DNA of 64,000 nt, from positions 84,667 through 148,666 of the forward strand of contig CAXXWX010000005.1 in assembly GCA_963675745.2 (NCBI GenBank). Reading direction: 5' to 3'. Every line of letters starts with the position of its first letter. Positions within the stretch are counted from its first letter, which is position 1. This document shows positions 62,220 to 64,000 of the stretch, piece after piece. Made by a program: the position numbers and the translations under genes. This stretch comes from Phycisphaerae bacterium. GTDB lineage: Bacteria > Planctomycetota > Phycisphaerae > UBA1845 > Fen-1342. Below the pieces are notes generated by a model. That model saw only the letters and a list, made by a program, of their open reading frames with translations, had not been told where the DNA came from and made no database searches.

Positions 62220-63308
62220 TCCTCCCCGCCGCGTGCGGGCGAATTCGGCCCCGGTCAACGCCATGAGGCCGATCAGGGATGTAAAGCCGATCGGAGCGCA
62301 CAGGCCGCCGATCCCACCGCCGGCTTCCAGCGTGGAGACCGGGACGCCGGTCGGCGACTCACGCTCCTGCAACAGCGCGGCCTGCACCTGTTTGCCGGTG
62401 GCCTCCCCCTGCGTGACCGCGATCACGTCGGCCAGCAGATTCAGCGGCGTACCGAGCAGACACACGGCCGCCGTTCCGTCCTCGGCGTTCTGGGCGTCGA
62501 TTTCGAGCGTGACGACGATGTCGTAAGCGCGGCCGACAACCACGTCGTATTCATAGTCGAGTTGGACCAGCGGCAGCGTCGCCACGTGGGCCGCATCAAA
62601 ATCCGTCGCCAGATTGGACAAGTCCACCACCAGCACACGATCGGAGGGGAAATCACCACTGACCTGCGTCAGCGCGTCGCTGCCCGATTGGCCCTTCAGC
62701 AATACACCCCCGGTGAACACCGTGACCGGCTCCGACGCGTCGTTCGGCTCGCGCGACTCGATCACCACGCTGGCCTTGAGAGATACACTCACGCCGGCCA
62801 GATCGGTGCCCGGATCACCGCCGAGCAGCGCCAGCACACCATCGAGAAACAGCGTGCCGACCAGTGTGGCGGTCTCGCCGTTCGCGCGGTTGTTGAGCTC
62901 GTCGGGGTGGAAGATGACGCTGCGCCGTTCGACCAGTTTGGTGGCGGCCTCGTAGCGCGTGGTGGCTGATGCGCTGCTCAGCGCGAGATTGACCGCAAAT
63001 TCTTCCGGGTTGGCCTGGTCGAGGTCACGCGGGTCGGCGAACTGTGCGCCGCAGGCGGCGGCCGCCTCCTCGCTCGCGCCGACAAGATCGACGATCACCT
63101 GCATCGGCAGTTCGACAACCGTGGTCGGGTATGCGTCATTGGCTTCCACGGTGTCGCCGATTGTCGTGCTGCCGTCGCCGGCCACGATCAACTCGGTCAG
63201 CTCAGCGCTGACGCTCGCCTGAATATCGGTGACTTCCGCGGTCAGATCGGTCACGAAACCGCCACAGGCTATCAGGGCGGCGAGAAACCATCGGTGTGCC
63301 CGTATCAT
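62199..63308 (-). CDS. Secreted acidic protein with C-terminal Gly/Cys-TM-Arg anchor
   Basis: Signal peptide; GGGIGGLCAPIGFTSLIGLMALTGAEFARTRR. Confidence 0.75.
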   Translation of the reverse strand: MIRAHRWFLAALIACGGFVTDLTAEVTDIQASVSAELTELIVAGDGSTTIGDTVEANDAYPTTVVELPMQVIVDLVGASEEAAAACGAQFADPRDLDQANPEEFAVNLALSSASATTRYEAATKLVERRSVIFHPDELNNRANGETATLVGTLFLDGVLALLGGDPGTDLAGVSVSLKASVVIESREPNDASEPVTVFTGGVLLKGQSGSDALTQVSGDFPSDRVLVVDLSNLATDFDAAHVATLPLVQLDYEYDVVVGRAYDIVVTLEIDAQNAEDGTAAVCLLGTPLNLLADVIAVTQGEATGKQVQAALLQERESPTGVPVSTLEAGGGIGGLCAPIGFTSLIGLMALTGAEFARTRRGGKVRSQK

Positions 63309-63428
63309 GCTGCGTCCTCCTTTGGCGCATGTTCACCGCGCCGCCAGACGGCGCGGCCGGCCAACCCGGCTACCCATAACAGCATAGGCGCATCGCCGTG
63401 TCCCGACAACTCGCCCGGCGTGATGATT

Positions 63429-63580
63429 GGAGGCGGGGAGCAGGAAGCAGGGAACGGGGAACGGGGAACAGGGAACAGCAAGCCGCGAACACCATCCGTC
63501 ATCCGCCGCACCGCCTTGTGGCCTTGTTGCCTCGTTGCCTCGTTGCCTCGTTGCCTCGTGGCCTCGCTGCCTGGCTGCCT
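63429..63580. repeat. Heptamer (GGGAACR) and octamer (GCCTCGTT) tandem repeats
   Basis: GGGAACR x4 plus degenerate units at 63429-63477; about 8 octamer units at 63513-63580. Confidence 0.85.
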
Positions 63581-63581
63581 G

Positions 63582-64000
63582 CGCCCCTTCGGGGCGGGCA
63601 TCGTGCGGGCCGACGCGATCCACGGGTTGCGCTGCGCTCCACCCGTGGCTACGTGCCAGCGCCCCATTCGGGGCGGCCGACCAACACCCACGATCCGCAA
63701 CTCGCCGTTGTCCCGCCCCGAAGGGGCGCGGGCGCATGGCCACGGGTGAAACGCAGCGCAACCCATGGCCACGGGTGGAGCGCAGCGCAACCCGTGGAAA
63801 GAATGCCCCCTCACCCAACCGCCCCGCAGGGGCGCGGGCGCATGGCCACGGGTGGAGCGCAGCGTAACCCGTGGAGAGGATTCCCACTCACCCAACCGCC
63901 CCGCAGGGGCGCGGGCGCATGGCCACGGGTGGAGCGCAGCGCAACCCGTGGGAAAGAATGCCCCCCCACCCAACCGCCCGCGAAGGGCGCGGGCGCATGG
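63582..64000. repeat. REP-like array (~77-bp period), runs off window
   Basis: Hairpin CCACGGGTGGAGCGCAGCGCAACCCGTGG and small hairpin CGCCCCGCAGGGGCG; units start at 63714, 63820, 63897 and 63975; inverted copy at 63620-63648. Confidence 0.92.

Noticed and set aside
63714..64000. CRISPR array
   Set aside because: Spacers are near-copies of each other, the repeat is long and doubly palindromic, an inverted copy exists, and no cas genes are in the window

Overview
GC-rich bacterial chromosomal window, most consistent with Planctomycetota/Phycisphaerae. This is an inference from the Cys-containing dockerin, the ECF sigma/Ser-Thr kinase module, the TsaC-PTP fusion and the OmcB-like DUF11 protein. 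In order it contains: groEL(partial)-groES with a sigma54-type promoter; a secreted M3 peptidase; a maltodextrin locus (glgP, malQ, secreted CBM48-GH13, fused SBP-permease, second permease); hpf-ptsN-ptsH-ptsI-TIGR03936-rne-cysE; a LacI regulator; secreted PKD/WD40, CAP, PEP-CTERM, HEAT and dockerin proteins; arfB; GT4; fluC-DUF190; a C-N hydrolase; an FHA-kinase-membrane protein-ECF sigma(Zn finger)-GT-C module; tpiA-secG-yicC-tatD-epimerase; tsaC/PTP-rpiB; an NCS2 permease and a MacB-type permease. I saw no rRNA, tRNA, CRISPR array or transposase. Three genes (rne, GT4, dockerin end) are broken by small indels that look like sequencing errors. The best leads are an unannotated 24-aa hydrophobic ORF with a hairpin-sequestered RBS upstream of arfB, the kinase/ECF-Zn-finger module, [DE]PN enrichment in secreted proteins, a nested GGA-loop hairpin element, paired heptamer inverted-repeat elements bracketing one gene, and several REP-like arrays. 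None of these is proven novel without database searches.
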